A stretch of DNA of 63,929 bases, filler included, from Elsinoe ampelina (Eukaryota), in assembly GCA_010093995.1 (NCBI GenBank). It is 3 parts of 3 records of this genome, joined end to end, with 100 filler letters (N's around TTAATTAATTAA, not from the genome) between each part and the next. Parts side by side here need not be neighbours in the genome. Positions count along the whole stretch, not along the records: positions 31,389 to 60,805 come from ML992554.1; 2 more parts are not named here. The stretch is one strand, 5' to 3'. Below the pieces are notes generated by a model that was given only the letters and a program-made list of their open reading frames with translations, searched no databases and was not told where the DNA came from. This document shows, piece by piece, positions 36,771 through 49,673 of the stretch (the stretch's first letter is position 1; every line of letters begins with the position of its first letter). Made by a program: the position numbers and the translations under genes.

Positions 36771-38010
36771 ATGTTTGCAATGAAGCCAAGCGAGCCACTG
36801 AGTGGTGGGCGTATTGTGAAGGTGGGCATTTTAGGGTGAGGTTGCCACTGTAGGTACTCAGCCATTGCTAAACTGTTTGGTAGGTGTGGCATGATCACTC
36901 AGGTCACGCACATCCCTCTGCTAAATCATCTATCCACGCAATTCCAAATCACCTATCTTCACGATGTCTCCGACAATGCGATGGCACACAGCCTGGAGAA
37001 GACAGCAGGTAGTACAAAACCCAAAATTACTAGGGATGTCGAAGAGCTGTGTACTTCTCCGGATGTGGAGCTTGTCGTAGTTGCTACCCACCATGCATTT
37101 CATGCATCTCAAGCTGTTATCGCACTACAGGCTGGCAAACATGTCTTCATCGAAAAACCGATTGCTGTGACGCTACAGGACACTGACCAAATCATTGCCG
37201 CTGACGAAGCAGCGGGTGGCGGCAAAGTGTTCGTTGGCTACATGAGGAGATACGCGGCTGCTTTCGTGGATGCTGTCAAAGAAATCGGCAGCATTGATCA
37301 GATCCGTTATGCTCGTGTACGAGATATCATCGGGCCAAACCACATCTTCATTGGGCAATCCGGAACTTTCCCGAGAACCTTTGATGATTATCGTGAAGGG
37401 GATACCATGGCGCTGCGCAGAAAGACGGCTGATGACCTAAAGCAAGCTATCGAAGTCGAGCTGGGAAGCAAAGTCACCGAGCAGACAGGCTTGATGTGGG
37501 AGCTACTCTCGACATTGGGCTCGCATGATTTGAGTGCTATGCGGGAGCTATTGGGGATGCCGGACAGATTGATAGGCGTCTCGCCTGCGACAAGCGCTGA
37601 TTCACCTTTCTGGAGGTAGTTGTCATGATTTTGGCGGTGGTCAAAGGGCTGACTTTCACAGCGCCCTATTCCAATACGCCGACTTCGCCGTAGCATACGA
37701 ATCTGGCATCGATCAAGTGGCCAGATTCGATGCCTCGATCGAGATCTTTGGAACGAACAAGACGGTCAAGGTCTGCATCGACACGCCATTCATCAAGGGT
37801 TTACCAACGACCATGGTTGTCAAGGAGACTTTGGAGGACGGGTCTTATAAGGAATCAACAATCCGCCGGACATATGAGGATCCATTCACACTCGAGTTCC
37901 AGGAGGTCTACAAATGGGTGGTGGACGGCAAGAAGCCCAAGACAAGCCCTTCCGATGCCAGAAAAGACGTGCAAATCTCGGGCATGCTCATGAAGGCAAT
38001 TCCTACGTGA
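36771..38010 (+). CDS. Gfo/Idh/MocA family NAD(P)-dependent oxidoreductase
   Basis: KVGILG|CG Rossmann start (intron 36836-36883), AGKHVFIEKP, VGYMRRY, GSHDLS. Second intron 37616-37661. Confidence 0.9.
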
Positions 38011-39487
38011 TGTAGAAGCTTGTGCGTTTCCGAGCAAGAACTCTGCAACTAGTCCTCCAATGTGTGATGTGAGATTCTATCCCAGAACTCCCTTCATTTC
38101 AATGGATTGCAGCATGTTGAATGCTCGCACGAAAGTCATGGAGGCTACTCGGTGCTCGCCCGTCGACCGTGCCACATCCAAAGCTCGGTGAGATCAAGGA
38201 TGACGAGCCGATGTGCACGACGATGCCTTGGTGACAGGCTGTAGACATTGCAGTACCCAAGCATGGTTGAACGTGCATACAAACAACAAGGACAAGGGAG
38301 GTTGGAAAGATGAAACGGAATTAATGGCCGGAACCGGGCTCGATGTCGCCGGAAATTGGCCGAACCCTGGTTGCCGCTCCCTGTCATTCTTTCTCTCCTA
38401 TCTCCGCCTGTCAATGTCAATGTCATGCATCCTTGTACATTCGTCTCCTTGATACACTTGGGCTGGCACGTATGTCCACCTGCTAACTTGGTCGTCGTCA
38501 AAGCAGCTCGCGACAGACTGCCTGGATGACTTTGGCCACTTCCAAGTCGCGTCCAGGCAACACCACCTCGACAGGATCATTCACCATGTGGACGAGATCA
38601 TGGCGGAAGAAGGGCCATCCAGGCGGCGATCATGATGCCATGTGCATTGGCATTTCTGGTAGTACCATGGTTCGCTGACAGGCATTCAGACATCGCCTCA
38701 GACGACAGCTTCAAAACATGAGACACCTCCGCTTCCTGTCCTGTTCTCCTGCATCCTCCCGTGCCGCTCAGGAACACTCTGCCTCGGTTCATTCACTGCA
38801 GCCACGAACGATCGGATACTGATCCCGTTCTACGAATCGACATTCACAACCACGCCAGATATCTTGGCGACCAGGTTGATTTACAAATGCTCGTTGCCGC
38901 ACAGGACGGTGCTCACAATCCGCCGCCGCCACTTCTGGTCATACAGTATTCGGATACCGCCTCGTCCACTGCCCCATAGACCTCCTTTAAATCTGTCAAG
39001 GTGATGTAAGTAGATGCACAGCAGCACCTGGTAGTGTAGTCCTATCTCTCCTCTGGCATGCACAGTTGAACGTTCGCCCCCACAATATGCTGCCATCTTG
39101 TCTCAGATCCTTGCACCATGGGCGGAGCAGTCGGAAGCTATTTTCTGTCTCATGCTGCTACATCTACCCGCTTTTGGCCTTTCACTTGGATAGCAATAAT
39201 AGCCTCCCAGCATCTACTGCACTGATTACTATATGGTGCAAGCGATCTCGCCCCCGAAGGTGGCGCCGGCGCATTCCAGCGACCATGCAGATCTACACGC
39301 CTGCAGCTTGTCGTCCCGAGTAGTCGGCTCGCCGACCCTCATGTGGTACCTGAGCTACATAGTCATGGCGATCCAGTCTTTCAAGGTGGGCCAGAAGGTA
39401 GGCATATAATCCTGCTCAGATGTCCCTGCATTCATCTATCAACTTTCCAATTTCGCTCCACATCCTCTTCTACAATCGTCTGCCAAT

Positions 39488-40374
39488 ATGGTTGCCATCA
39501 GTTTGACTTCTGTGGCTACGGCCCTTCTCGCTGCCATCTCGGTTGCCGATGCAGCACCAAGTATGCTCGAGACTCGCCAGGCAGGATGCACAAGCTACAG
39601 TGAGTGTTGCTCGATGGTGTCTTCGGACAAACGTGCTTACATGTCGGATAGCCATCATCAACACTCGCGGTACCGGCGAGATGCAAGGTCCATCCTCCGG
39701 CTTCACCACCATGAACAGAAACATCCAGTCGCAACGTAGCGGCGGCAAGATCGTACGTTCATGAGTGGAACAATGCAGAGTGGTCCAAACTAACTGTCTG
39801 TAGTACAACACCGTCTACCCTGCCAGCTACAGCCAAAACTCCGCTTCTGGCACTTCCGACGTAAGCAATGTTCCATCACAACATCGCACCAAGACGCTAA
39901 CAAAGGATAGATTGTCAACAAGATCACCACCACCCTCCAATCCTCACCCAACGAGTGCTTCGTTCTCGAAGGATACTCCCAGGGCGCAGCGACCACGACC
40001 AACGCGCTGCCAAAACTCACCGGCGCAGCATTCGATGCTGTCAAGGCTGTCTTCCTGATTGGCAATCCTCTCCACAAGGCTGGACTGACCTGCAACGTGG
40101 ACAACAACGGTGGTACTACCACCAGGAACGTCAATGGTCTTTCCGCTCGTGGCAGCAGTGGCATCCCCTCCAACTGGATCAGCAAGACTCTCGACGTCTG
40201 CATTCGTGTAAGTCTCCTCCCATGTTGTCCTCCCCAGATGGACGCTGACCGGAAAAGGGTGATGGTGTATGCGATACCACCAACGGCTACGGTATTAATG
40301 GACCTCATCTCCAGTACCCGAATGATTCTCCTACCCAGAAGCTCGGAACGTCCTTTGTGGTGGGAAAATTGTAA
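39488..40374 (+). CDS. Secreted cutinase (CE5), Cryptococcus CLE1/yeast-type cutinase-like enzyme
   Basis: Signal peptide. Introns 39600-39651, 39753-39803, 39861-39910 and 40208-40257 give a continuous frame: INTRGTGE...GYSQG (Ser)...FLIGNP...LDVCIR|GDGVCD (Asp)...HLQYP (His). Confidence 0.93.
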
Positions 40375-40518
40375 GCTGAGAGTATACGGTCAACATGGGA
40401 GATAGGGACATGTTGGGGCTTCTTCATTTCAAAATGTAGTCTTGTAGTCAATGCCTGCAAAGATGGTTTCATTCGCCACCTCATCCCGCACTTGTAAAAA
40501 TCAGTGACCTGTGCTTGT

Positions 40519-43500
40519 CTATATAGCGATGAAGAACGACTTCTCGCCCTCCCTCGGCTCCACCAGGCTCCTCTTCACAATCGGATCCGCACAACTCAAT
40601 CTGATCCTCTCAACGGTGGCAGGACTCCACAAGCTCAAGACCTCCTCTTCTCCCCACTGCTTCCTCGCCGCCTTCAACGCATCCCTGATAGCAAAGAAGA
40701 CGGCGCTACCCATGAACAAAGGCGGCTCACCCACCCCTCTACTCCGCTGAATCGTCCGCAGATTCTCCCAATTCACGTCCTTGAGCAAGCTGACGTTGAA
40801 CTCCTGCGGTATATCCCTGAAGCCAGGAATCTTGTACGCACCAGGTCCGCGGGTGAATATTTGTCCACTGCCCCTGTGCCAGAGACTCTCCTCCATAGTG
40901 AACAGCCCCATCCCTTGCACGAAGGCGCCCTCGATCTGTCCGTAGTCGATGGCAGGGTTGATGGATCGACCAACGTCCATCTTAATGTCTGCGCGCAAGC
41001 AGGTCCAGTCGCCGGTCAGCGTATCGACCTCGACTTCTGCGGCTGTCACCCCCTGGGTGAAGTAGAAGTACATCATCCCTGTGTTGGGTCCCCACACGTA
41101 GCCGATGTCTGGTGTCTTGTAAAAGCCATTCGCGGAGAGGTTGACGCGGTCGAAGTAGGCTGCGTGGGCAAGTTGCTTCATGGTTGCATTAGGGCCTAGC
41201 TTTTCCCGGTAGGGTGCGAGGCGTTCATTGAGTTGTGTGCAGGCATTCCAGACGGCGTAGCCGTTCAGGTCCGAAGAGGCGGAGGCGGCAGTGGAAGAAG
41301 TGTTTGGGACGGTGTTGGTGGCTGTCTCGGAGATGAAGACTTCGTCTGAGGAGACGCCGAGCGCTTCGGCTGCGATCATGATCATCTTGGTGTGCAAGCC
41401 TTGACCCATCTCAGTGCCGCCATGAGCTACCAAGATGGAGCCATCATGGTAGATGTGCACCAAAGCGCCGGCTTGATTAAGGAAGAGGGCGGTGAAGGAG
41501 ATACCAAACTTGGTAGGAATGATAGCCATTCCTCGCTTCTTCCACTTGCTTGTAGAATTGATATCGTCACAGGCTTGCCGACGAGCATGGTAATTCGACT
41601 CTTCGAGTACCTGTTTGTACATGAGCGGAACATACCAGTCCTTGAGCTCCTGGTTGAAATGAGTGAGCTCGCCAGTTTTGTAGAAGTTGATCTCGCGAAG
41701 CTTCTCGACTGGCATTTTGAGGTGATCGGCGACCTCGGACATGAAGCTCTCGCATATGTACATGCCTTGGGGACCACCGAATCCTCGGAAAGCCGTGTTG
41801 CTGACAGTGTTGGTCCTGCATACGCGGCCACGTACATCGATGGCTGGCCATTTGTAGACACCATCGATGTGTGATAGTGCTCGGTCTAGAACAGCTGCAC
41901 TGAGATCTTGGGTCCATCCGGCATTGTTGAAAATGTCAGCATCCAAAGCTTGGAGCTTGCCATCCTTGTTGACGGCAACCTTCCATCGCGCTAAAAATGG
42001 GTGTCGTTGCCCAGAGGTTTGAATGTCATCGTCTCTGTTGAGCATACATCTGACAGGCCGCTTCAGCTTCTTCGCCGCTAGAGCACAGATGCTGGCAAGT
42101 TGGATCGATCGAGTCTCCTTACCACCAAAGCCGCCTCCAAGACGCTTGACGCGGACCACCACCTTGTTCGCTGCCACATCGCAGACCTGTGAGATATATG
42201 CTTGGGTCTCTGCGGTGTTCTGGGTGCTGCTGAAAATCTCCATCTCCCCGTCTTCAGGCTTGGGGATGGCGACGACAGCATTTGTCTCAAGGTACATGTG
42301 TTCCTGACCTGCTAATCTGGCAACGCCAGTGAAGACGTGGTCAGCCTCCTCAAAAGCCTTTTGTAATTCGCCCTGCTTGATGTATCTGTAATGATCGAAG
42401 TAACTTTCCTTCTCGATGGCTTCCTCGATGGTGAAGATGGCTGGCAATTCTTGGTATTCGACCTTGACAGCTTTGGCGCCTTCTTCTGCTTGTTTCGCGC
42501 TGGTGGCCAAGATGATACCTATCGGTTGACCAGCGGTGAAAACCTCGTCCACAGCGAAGAAAACTTCATCGCAGTTGGGAGCACTCCACCAATTTGCCTT
42601 CTCGTTGGGTAGATCCGTATGGTCAACATAATCGATCACTCCAGGAAGATCGAGTGCTGGCTTCGGATCCACCTCGACAAGCTTCGCATGGGCCTTTGTT
42701 GACAAAACCAGGCATCCATACAGCTCGTTCTTTTGAACTGGGATATCGTCCGTATATTGCGCCTCGCCAGTGCACTGCTTCAAGGCCGACACATGAGGAG
42801 CCTCCTTGCCAATGACTTTCTTCTCGTAGGCGGCACCTGCGGTGTGATCCTTCTTGCCAAACGAGATGATCCGTTCAATTTCATCCACCGCGTCTGGGTC
42901 GATGTCTGACTCGTTGACAGGGAGTTGAGAAAGGACGTGCTGGTGGAAGCGATAGAAGAAGCCGAGAGCTAGAGACTTTCTGTAGCTTGCCATACCTCCA
43001 GGTACGCCAAAGCGAAGGTCAAAGTCCTGCTCTAAAGCACCCATAACGCCCTCGAGCGTCTTGGGGTCAGTGAATCTCTTGCCAACCAGATATGACTCTG
43101 CGGTCTTTGCTTTGATGGTGATTGGTGCCATTCCACCATATGCCAGACTGCAGTCCTCTACCTCATGCTGGTCATTGAGCTTGACACGTAACGCCGAGTT
43201 GACGATGGCAATGTCGTCATCTTTCCGCTTTGCTTGCTTGTATGCTGTAATGTATTCGCCTTGCCTCGCGATCGGTATCCGGATGGAAGCGATGATGGCG
43301 TCCGGGGGGAGTGCAGTCAACCTGTATGCTTTGAAGAATTCTGCCATGGGAATTTCTGTAGTCTTCTCAATGGACTTGGCTACTAGCACTGCATTCGTGC
43401 CGACAAATACGGGATTCAAGTCTGAAATCGGAGATGCGGTGGCAAGATTACCAGCTGGTGTGCCTACGTTTCGGATCTGCCGCCCAGCAAAGTACTTGAG

Positions 43501-44653
43501 CTGCCGGAGAATGGCCTTGAACGGCTGGCCAGCCTGCTTGCCATACTTCTCAAGAGCCTCTTCACAAATCTTCTCGAGATCTGTGAGGATGACGTTGCCG
43601 CCAATTTCCAGATGATCATGATTGAAGGTGTATTGTCGGAGCTCGGGGATGTCTCCCACAAAGACGGAGGCTGTGTACTTCATGCCCTTGAATTTGACCT
43701 CTATCTGTGTCTCGGTGCTGCCGCCAATAAGCTTGGCCGAAGGGTAGGCGCTTTTGATTTCGAGCAGTTGCTGCAGTGTGGTCGGTCTGTACCATCTCTT
43801 TCGCTTGTTACCAAAGGCTAGAGGTTTGAAGTGGTGATTCTTCAAGGCAGGAGGAAAGATGAGTTCCGTGTCTGGGTGGTACTCTATGAACCCAGGAGGG
43901 GTGAAGCGCTTGATCGAAGTTGTGTCTTGGTCGGCGCCATTGCCGCTTTTACAACAGCCTCGGCCAGTCTCGTCACCGTTCTCCATACAGCATCCAGAGC
44001 CGCCATTGGAGGTCGCCTTTCCACAACCTCGAGATGCACTGAACGTCTGAGCAGCATCGAGGATGGGTCGGTAACCGGTGCATCGACAGAGGTTACCGTC
44101 GAAGGCTTCCTCAATGTGCCCTTCTGTGGGTGTGGTGTCATTCCTTAACAGAGCATACATGCTCATGACTATACCAGGTGTACAGAAACCACACTGGCTG
44201 CCATTGCCTTTGGCGATCCTCTCTTGTACTGGGTGCGGTCTCTTGACATTGCCGATGCCCTCGACAGTGATAACATGCTTACCGTCGATGCTGACTAGCG
44301 GAGCTAAACAAGCATTCATCGAGGCGTGGTAGATCTTCTTTGTGGTGGGGTTATATTGAGATACCACCTGGCATATCAGCACTGGGCTCAGTAGACTGGA
44401 CAAGGACAACAGTCGGTCTTACCACTGTGCAAGCACCACAACCTCCCTCTGCACATCCTAGCTTTGTGCCAGTCAGGCCGATGCCTCGCAAGTACTCGAG
44501 TAGGGTGACTTCGGGATCTGCGTCGTCCAGGACCACTTTTGTGCCATTGAGGTAGAATCGTAATGTGTCGTCGTAGGTACTCGTCACCGTCGACAGGCTC
44601 CTCGTCGCCTCCATCGGGACGGCGGGCTGAGGATCAACCAAGCCCGGAGCCAT
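40519..44653 (-). CDS. hxA: Xanthine dehydrogenase (purine hydroxylase I)
   Basis: 2Fe-2S motifs [17 protein letters not shown] (intron 44368-44422), SQCGFCTPG and [12 protein letters not shown] domain. Moco motifs [26 protein letters not shown]. Confidence 0.98.
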
Positions 44654-44789
44654 GTCTGGGAACCAGTTCTGGATGTTGCTCTGCCAGTCAGATGGCTTAT
44701 CGTAGCATGAGATCGGAGGTGCTTCCTTTGGATCGAGCGTCACTGGTGTCGTGATACGTCGAGAAAAGAGGTGCAAAGTCGCGAATGAG

Positions 44790-44904
44790 CTATCAAAGCA
44801 AGCGTGAAGAGGATAATGAAAAGTCTGTGAGAATGAGACCTACAACAGTACCAGAGAGCTCGACCGATAGAGGAGAGGTTATGGTCATCGCATCTCGCCG
44901 ATAG
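44790..44904. promoter_or_regulatory. Cluster of GATA motifs upstream of xanthine dehydrogenase (putative AreA/NIT2 sites)
   Basis: CTATCA 44790-44795, GGATAA 44811-44816, CGATAG 44865-44870 and 44899-44904, 140-250 bp upstream of the ATG. hxA is known to be under nitrogen metabolite repression in A. nidulans. Confidence 0.4.
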
Positions 44905-47046
44905 CAGATGAGTAGACCAAAAAAACGTTTCAGGGTTCAGATCTGATTATTTTATTCATTGCCATTATTTGCTTGGAAAAGTGTGGGGTATCAATCGGAC
45001 TGCTGACGCTCTTTTTTTTTGGCTGCCTCTTCATTCGACGACGAACAACAAAAGTGGAAGGTGCCTCTCGTGCTCTTCAATGCGGCTAGGGCGAGCAGAT
45101 CTGCAAACAGGTACATGTGCCGTTCTGGACTACCACGCAGGCCTAGTCAGGTAAATGATGCGCGACTCCTGCTGCGACAGCCATCTCCTTTTGAGACTGT
45201 AATGCCGATGCCCAAGCGATGAGTACGAAGCTTTACTAGCGGAGTGGATATGTAGTGGGCATGAACAGTACCGTAAGTCAGACCATCGCTTCGACATGGT
45301 GACGTACCATTATACTCCAGAACGTTCTTGTCGACCCCGTTTTCAGTTCACGATTCACGTGGGATCTCCCACTCTAGATTGCCATGATCTTCACGCTAAG
45401 ATTTCCTCGTCCTGCTTGGAAGTTCATTTGCGAAGAGGTCCACTAGACGGGTGTCTTATTTCCAGCAGAGCAGGCAGGCATGGCCAGGTTGATTATCACA
45501 CAATAGTACAATACGCCCAGGCAAGCCGGGTCTGGCGTGTCTCACAGTCTCCTGCTTGACTCGATCTCGGGGCGTTGCTCCGCCACTGCGGATCCTGCTC
45601 GGGAGATGGAAAAATGCTCACGCGTGTCTCTGACCGTTGGCAGCTCACACGCTTGTATCTACGACGAATAACTTCCAGCAGTGAGAGCATACAAGTGCTC
45701 AACAAGGGCGAAGCTGTTCCAACATCACTTCCACCAGCAGTCAAGTGTACGACAGGAATAAGTTACTGTAAGTTAGGTGACGAGACAAGGGTTCTTTGTC
45801 CGTTCCTGCAGGACCCTCAGCTCTGACCGTCTGACCCTCTCCAAAGCTCATCTCACAGATCGTCTCATCAGCAACAACTGCCGTCAAGCCCTTCCAAGAT
45901 TGTTTGGCTTCGCTAGATTCCCCATCAGAAATCCTACTCAGTGCCACGGCTGACGGCGGCGTTCGTTCTTGACTCGCCATGCTAGGGGCAATTATTGAGC
46001 AATGGGCACGGTGGACATCCCAACAAGAACTCTTCATCGCAGTCCATCGTGCCAGTCTTCCGAAAGTCAAAGCCATAAACCTACGTGTCTGAAAGAGAGA
46101 TTGGCTCAAGGTTACCTGGAGTTACTTCGGTCTCCCGATGGACTTGGTGAACCCAATCGCATCTCAAGCTTTTGACCATCACGACAGGTCGCGTGGTCTG
46201 CTATGGCTATGCCACCGCACGCCGACCGCACTCTCCAATCCTCACCTCGGTATGACCAATAAACACGTGCTATTGAGAACGACTCGCCATGGCAAATCAA
46301 AGAACATGTCGATCGAGCGAGCATGGCCTTTGCAGACACGGCACGGCAAGCACTTCCTCTTCAACGGACTCGATCTCCGCATAGAGGGGGTCGTAGCTCG
46401 AAATCCAGAAGCTCCCCCTGCCCTACTCGTACAGTACCATCGTTTCATCTTTTCCTGCACATCTCAGCACCACTTCCAAGAATCCAATCTATTCTTTCAC
46501 TCCGCCTTTGGTACCCTAGTTCCCCGCCTCACCTTTCCTTTTGCATACCGTCCCAGGAGTCGTGCCGAAACACTCGTCCTCGTACAAGCTGCCCTGTGCA
46601 CCGAGATCGCAGCTAGGCACGCCTGTGGCTGCCACGCGGGCCTTCACCCATGGGACAATTTGTGGCCCATGTGCTTGACGCGCCCATCACCGAGCTACAG
46701 TAACTTAGTCCCACCACATCGACCACGATCTCGCAATCTCGACCCTCGACCCAGTGTATGGAGCTGGCCAAGCTTCCTTCACCCTGTTGCGTGAAATAAT
46801 GCTGCCCTGGCATGGTCCCAGGAAGCTATATGCGGATCCAATCTACTTTGATGCCTGTCAATCGTTTCAGTGGTGAATCCCTCTGGTTCCCTCTGGTCGT
46901 CGGTCCTTTATAGCAGCCAGGTTGCCCTGCACCTCTGGTACGAGCCTGCTCGGTACCACCACTTGTCTACCCTAGGACGGCATCTTTCACTCATGTTGAG
47001 CAATCATTCTTGAGCATTGAGACTGGCTCCGAGAAACGTTCTGGCC

Positions 47047-48283
47047 ATGGATCAGTTGGCGCTACTACCGCCAGCCCAGCGTGCTGCTTTCGAGGTACAA
47101 TACTTTAATTTGCAACCAGACTGGTTCATCATCCTTACATCAGTCTTGGTTGTGCTGGTCACAATCTGCCTTGGTCTTCGCGTCTATGTTCGAGGGTTTA
47201 TGATACGGGCGTTTGGCAAAGATGATTGGGTTCTCATCACTGCATATGTAAGACGAGGTACTACCGGCATCCTCACATTGACTGACTTTTCAGATAATAT
47301 TCCTGGTCGATGCTGGCATCTACCTTGCCATCGGCATCATTCAGAAGCGTGAAGGCCTCGTACGACCCCTTCGCACCATCCATATGCTGGCCCTTGGTAG
47401 CATATTGACGTACCTGGTCGATCAAGTCTTTATCAAGATCGCACTCGGCTATTTCTTCCTGCGAGTCGTCAATCCCGGGTGGCAGAAATGGGTCATCAAG
47501 AGCTCAGTCATCGTGTACGTTATCTACAGCAGCGTATTCGCCATCGTCGTCCTCTTCTCATGTGGCCTCCCAACCCCCGAGAACTTTTCATCTGGCAAAT
47601 GTATCGATTGGAAAACACAGTTGGGTCCAATGAACTACGTTGCAGCCACCCTCAACGCCGTCGTCGACTGGATCCTCACCCTGGTACCCATCTATGTGGT
47701 ATTCAAAGTCAACATGTCACGGAAGGAAAAGATCTCGGTATCTATCCTCATGCTCCTCGGGCTGACAGGGTCGATCGTCTCGGTGATCCGGATCCCCTAC
47801 GTCAACGGTGTCCAGCCTACAGCCGACCTGTCTTTCTTTTGGAAGGTCATACCACTTTCGCTTGCCTCTATCGCCGAGAATGGCATTGGAATCATGGCTA
47901 TTTCCCTCGCGGCTCTTCGGCCTCTTTACGCCAAACTCTTTGAAGCAACCCGTACCCACTTTGGATCCTCTGCAGGCGCCTCTCGCAACGCCAAACAGCG
48001 ATCAGACTATGCATTCGGATCCAACGCAGCCGCGAGCCAGAACAGGGCGTCGGTACAAGCGCCTGTGCGAACTCTCGACCCTCGTGGGAGGTTCAACTTC
48101 AGCCACCCGGGACCGGGGTACGTCGACATGGAGAAGGGTCAAGCGGACGAGCAAGAAAGAGGTGTACCAATGGTCCTGATCATACCCGACCCACAAGAAG
48201 AGCGTGAAAGCGACGACTTCAGGCCTGGTAGACACACACCAAGTACAACCAGCACGCTCTTCCCGATTCAGAGCAACAGATGA
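47047..48283 (+). CDS. PTH11-like (fungal rhodopsin-domain) seven-TM integral membrane protein, no CFEM
   Basis: LGLRVYVR...FGKDDW, intron 47248-47293, FIKIALGYFFLR, DWILTLVPI, SIVSVIRI, ENGIGIMAISLAALRPL. Confidence 0.88.
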
Positions 48284-49673
48284 AGCTCGACTCTAGGAGA
48301 GGTTGCTTGCTAAGAAGTACCACCAGACCCATCAAGAGACACTACCAGGTCAATGAGCACTACCATAGCGAGGCGTCGGCGGTCAAAGAGGGCACACTCA
48401 TTCAACAACCACATCTTTGTTTTTGCCAAGGACGGGTACAGTAGGCCGGCGGACACGGTTTCCAAATGTTCTCTAGTTACAAAAGCGATGATACCAACAG
48501 GGCGTTGCTTTTCTAGGAGGATTGTATGTATGAGTCATGATACGGCTGTCACTACCTCTTCTTTCTTCTCCAGTACACTGATGTGACGTGTGCTATGGCT
48601 ATTACTTGCTCCATCGATCAGACTACCCCGGAGATGTGATCGTGAAGTAAGCCTCCTGACGCGGCCTTGGGTCCACTCGTCCCTAGCGTCTCCCTCGATT
48701 AGTGGTCGCAGTACTGTAAGATGCAATCTCCCGCATCCCCAGCCCTATGGAGGTAGGTCCAATCACAGTATGACACCAAGTAGAGCACTGTAACTGACTT
48801 ACTGCCGAATACGCTATGAAGATGGAGGTCCATCTATTTGATGAAGATCCGAGGGAAATCTCATCAGACGTGGTACCTTGTACCCGATCGGCGTGGATCG
48901 GGAAACCATGTGTCATGATCTGCGAGGGTAAAGTGCTTCCGGTTCCTTGGTGTTAGTCGGGATTTCTGGTCGATGACGGTCAGGAAATTTGCAAAGGGAC
49001 GGGGAGGTTAGTGATTTGACGGGACATGGCATGGACAGCAACGAGATGACGTGATGCGATTGAGAGTATTATTTTGGAATCGGCTAGCTATGGACAGTCC
49101 AGCAGATCATCTGCTTACTCGCAAAAGCCCGCTACATTCATGAATTACCGATTGAATACGACCCTTGATTATCTGAACCTCGTTGTGTGCTCCTACCCAC
49201 GGCATCATACAAGTATTTTCCATGAAACGCACCGCGGAGTGAGTGACCTGTGCTTTGCACAACGAGAAGCAGACGCAAAACCGACGACGAGCCCATCATG
49301 TACATCTGGACGGCGAGGGTATCAGCACCAGCAGTAGCACCATTTCCGAGAGCAGAAATCCAGGAGGTGAGACGGAGAAAGCATGTCAGGCACCGCAGCC
49401 GGTCAAAGTGCATCATCCGAAAAGCAGTAGCAGGTGATCAAGTATCTTCAGTCGAGGCGAATCCTCCGAGGTCAATCGGCAAGAGCGTCATGTTCAGCGG
49501 GTTCGATAGGACGATTGCCGAACGTTAGATCATTGCAGACTGTCATCCACAAGAAAAGCATCATGCGCCGTGTCATGCAGCAGATCCATGGTCATCCAGA
49601 GCAGAGGCAGGCAGAAGCAGTCTCGTCAAAATGCATGCACCATCAAGCATGGTCAGTCAATCACGCGAGGCGA

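Noticed and set aside
46127..46138. TCGG-N4-CCGA as a UaY site for xanthine dehydrogenase
   Set aside because: UaY requires TCGG-N6-CCGA. The spacing is wrong and the site is 1.5 kb away. I saw no N6 site nearer the ATG.
36771..48283. Oxidoreductase-cutinase-XDH-PTH11 as a functional gene cluster
   Set aside because: No shared pathway, backbone enzyme, cluster regulator or common motif is visible.
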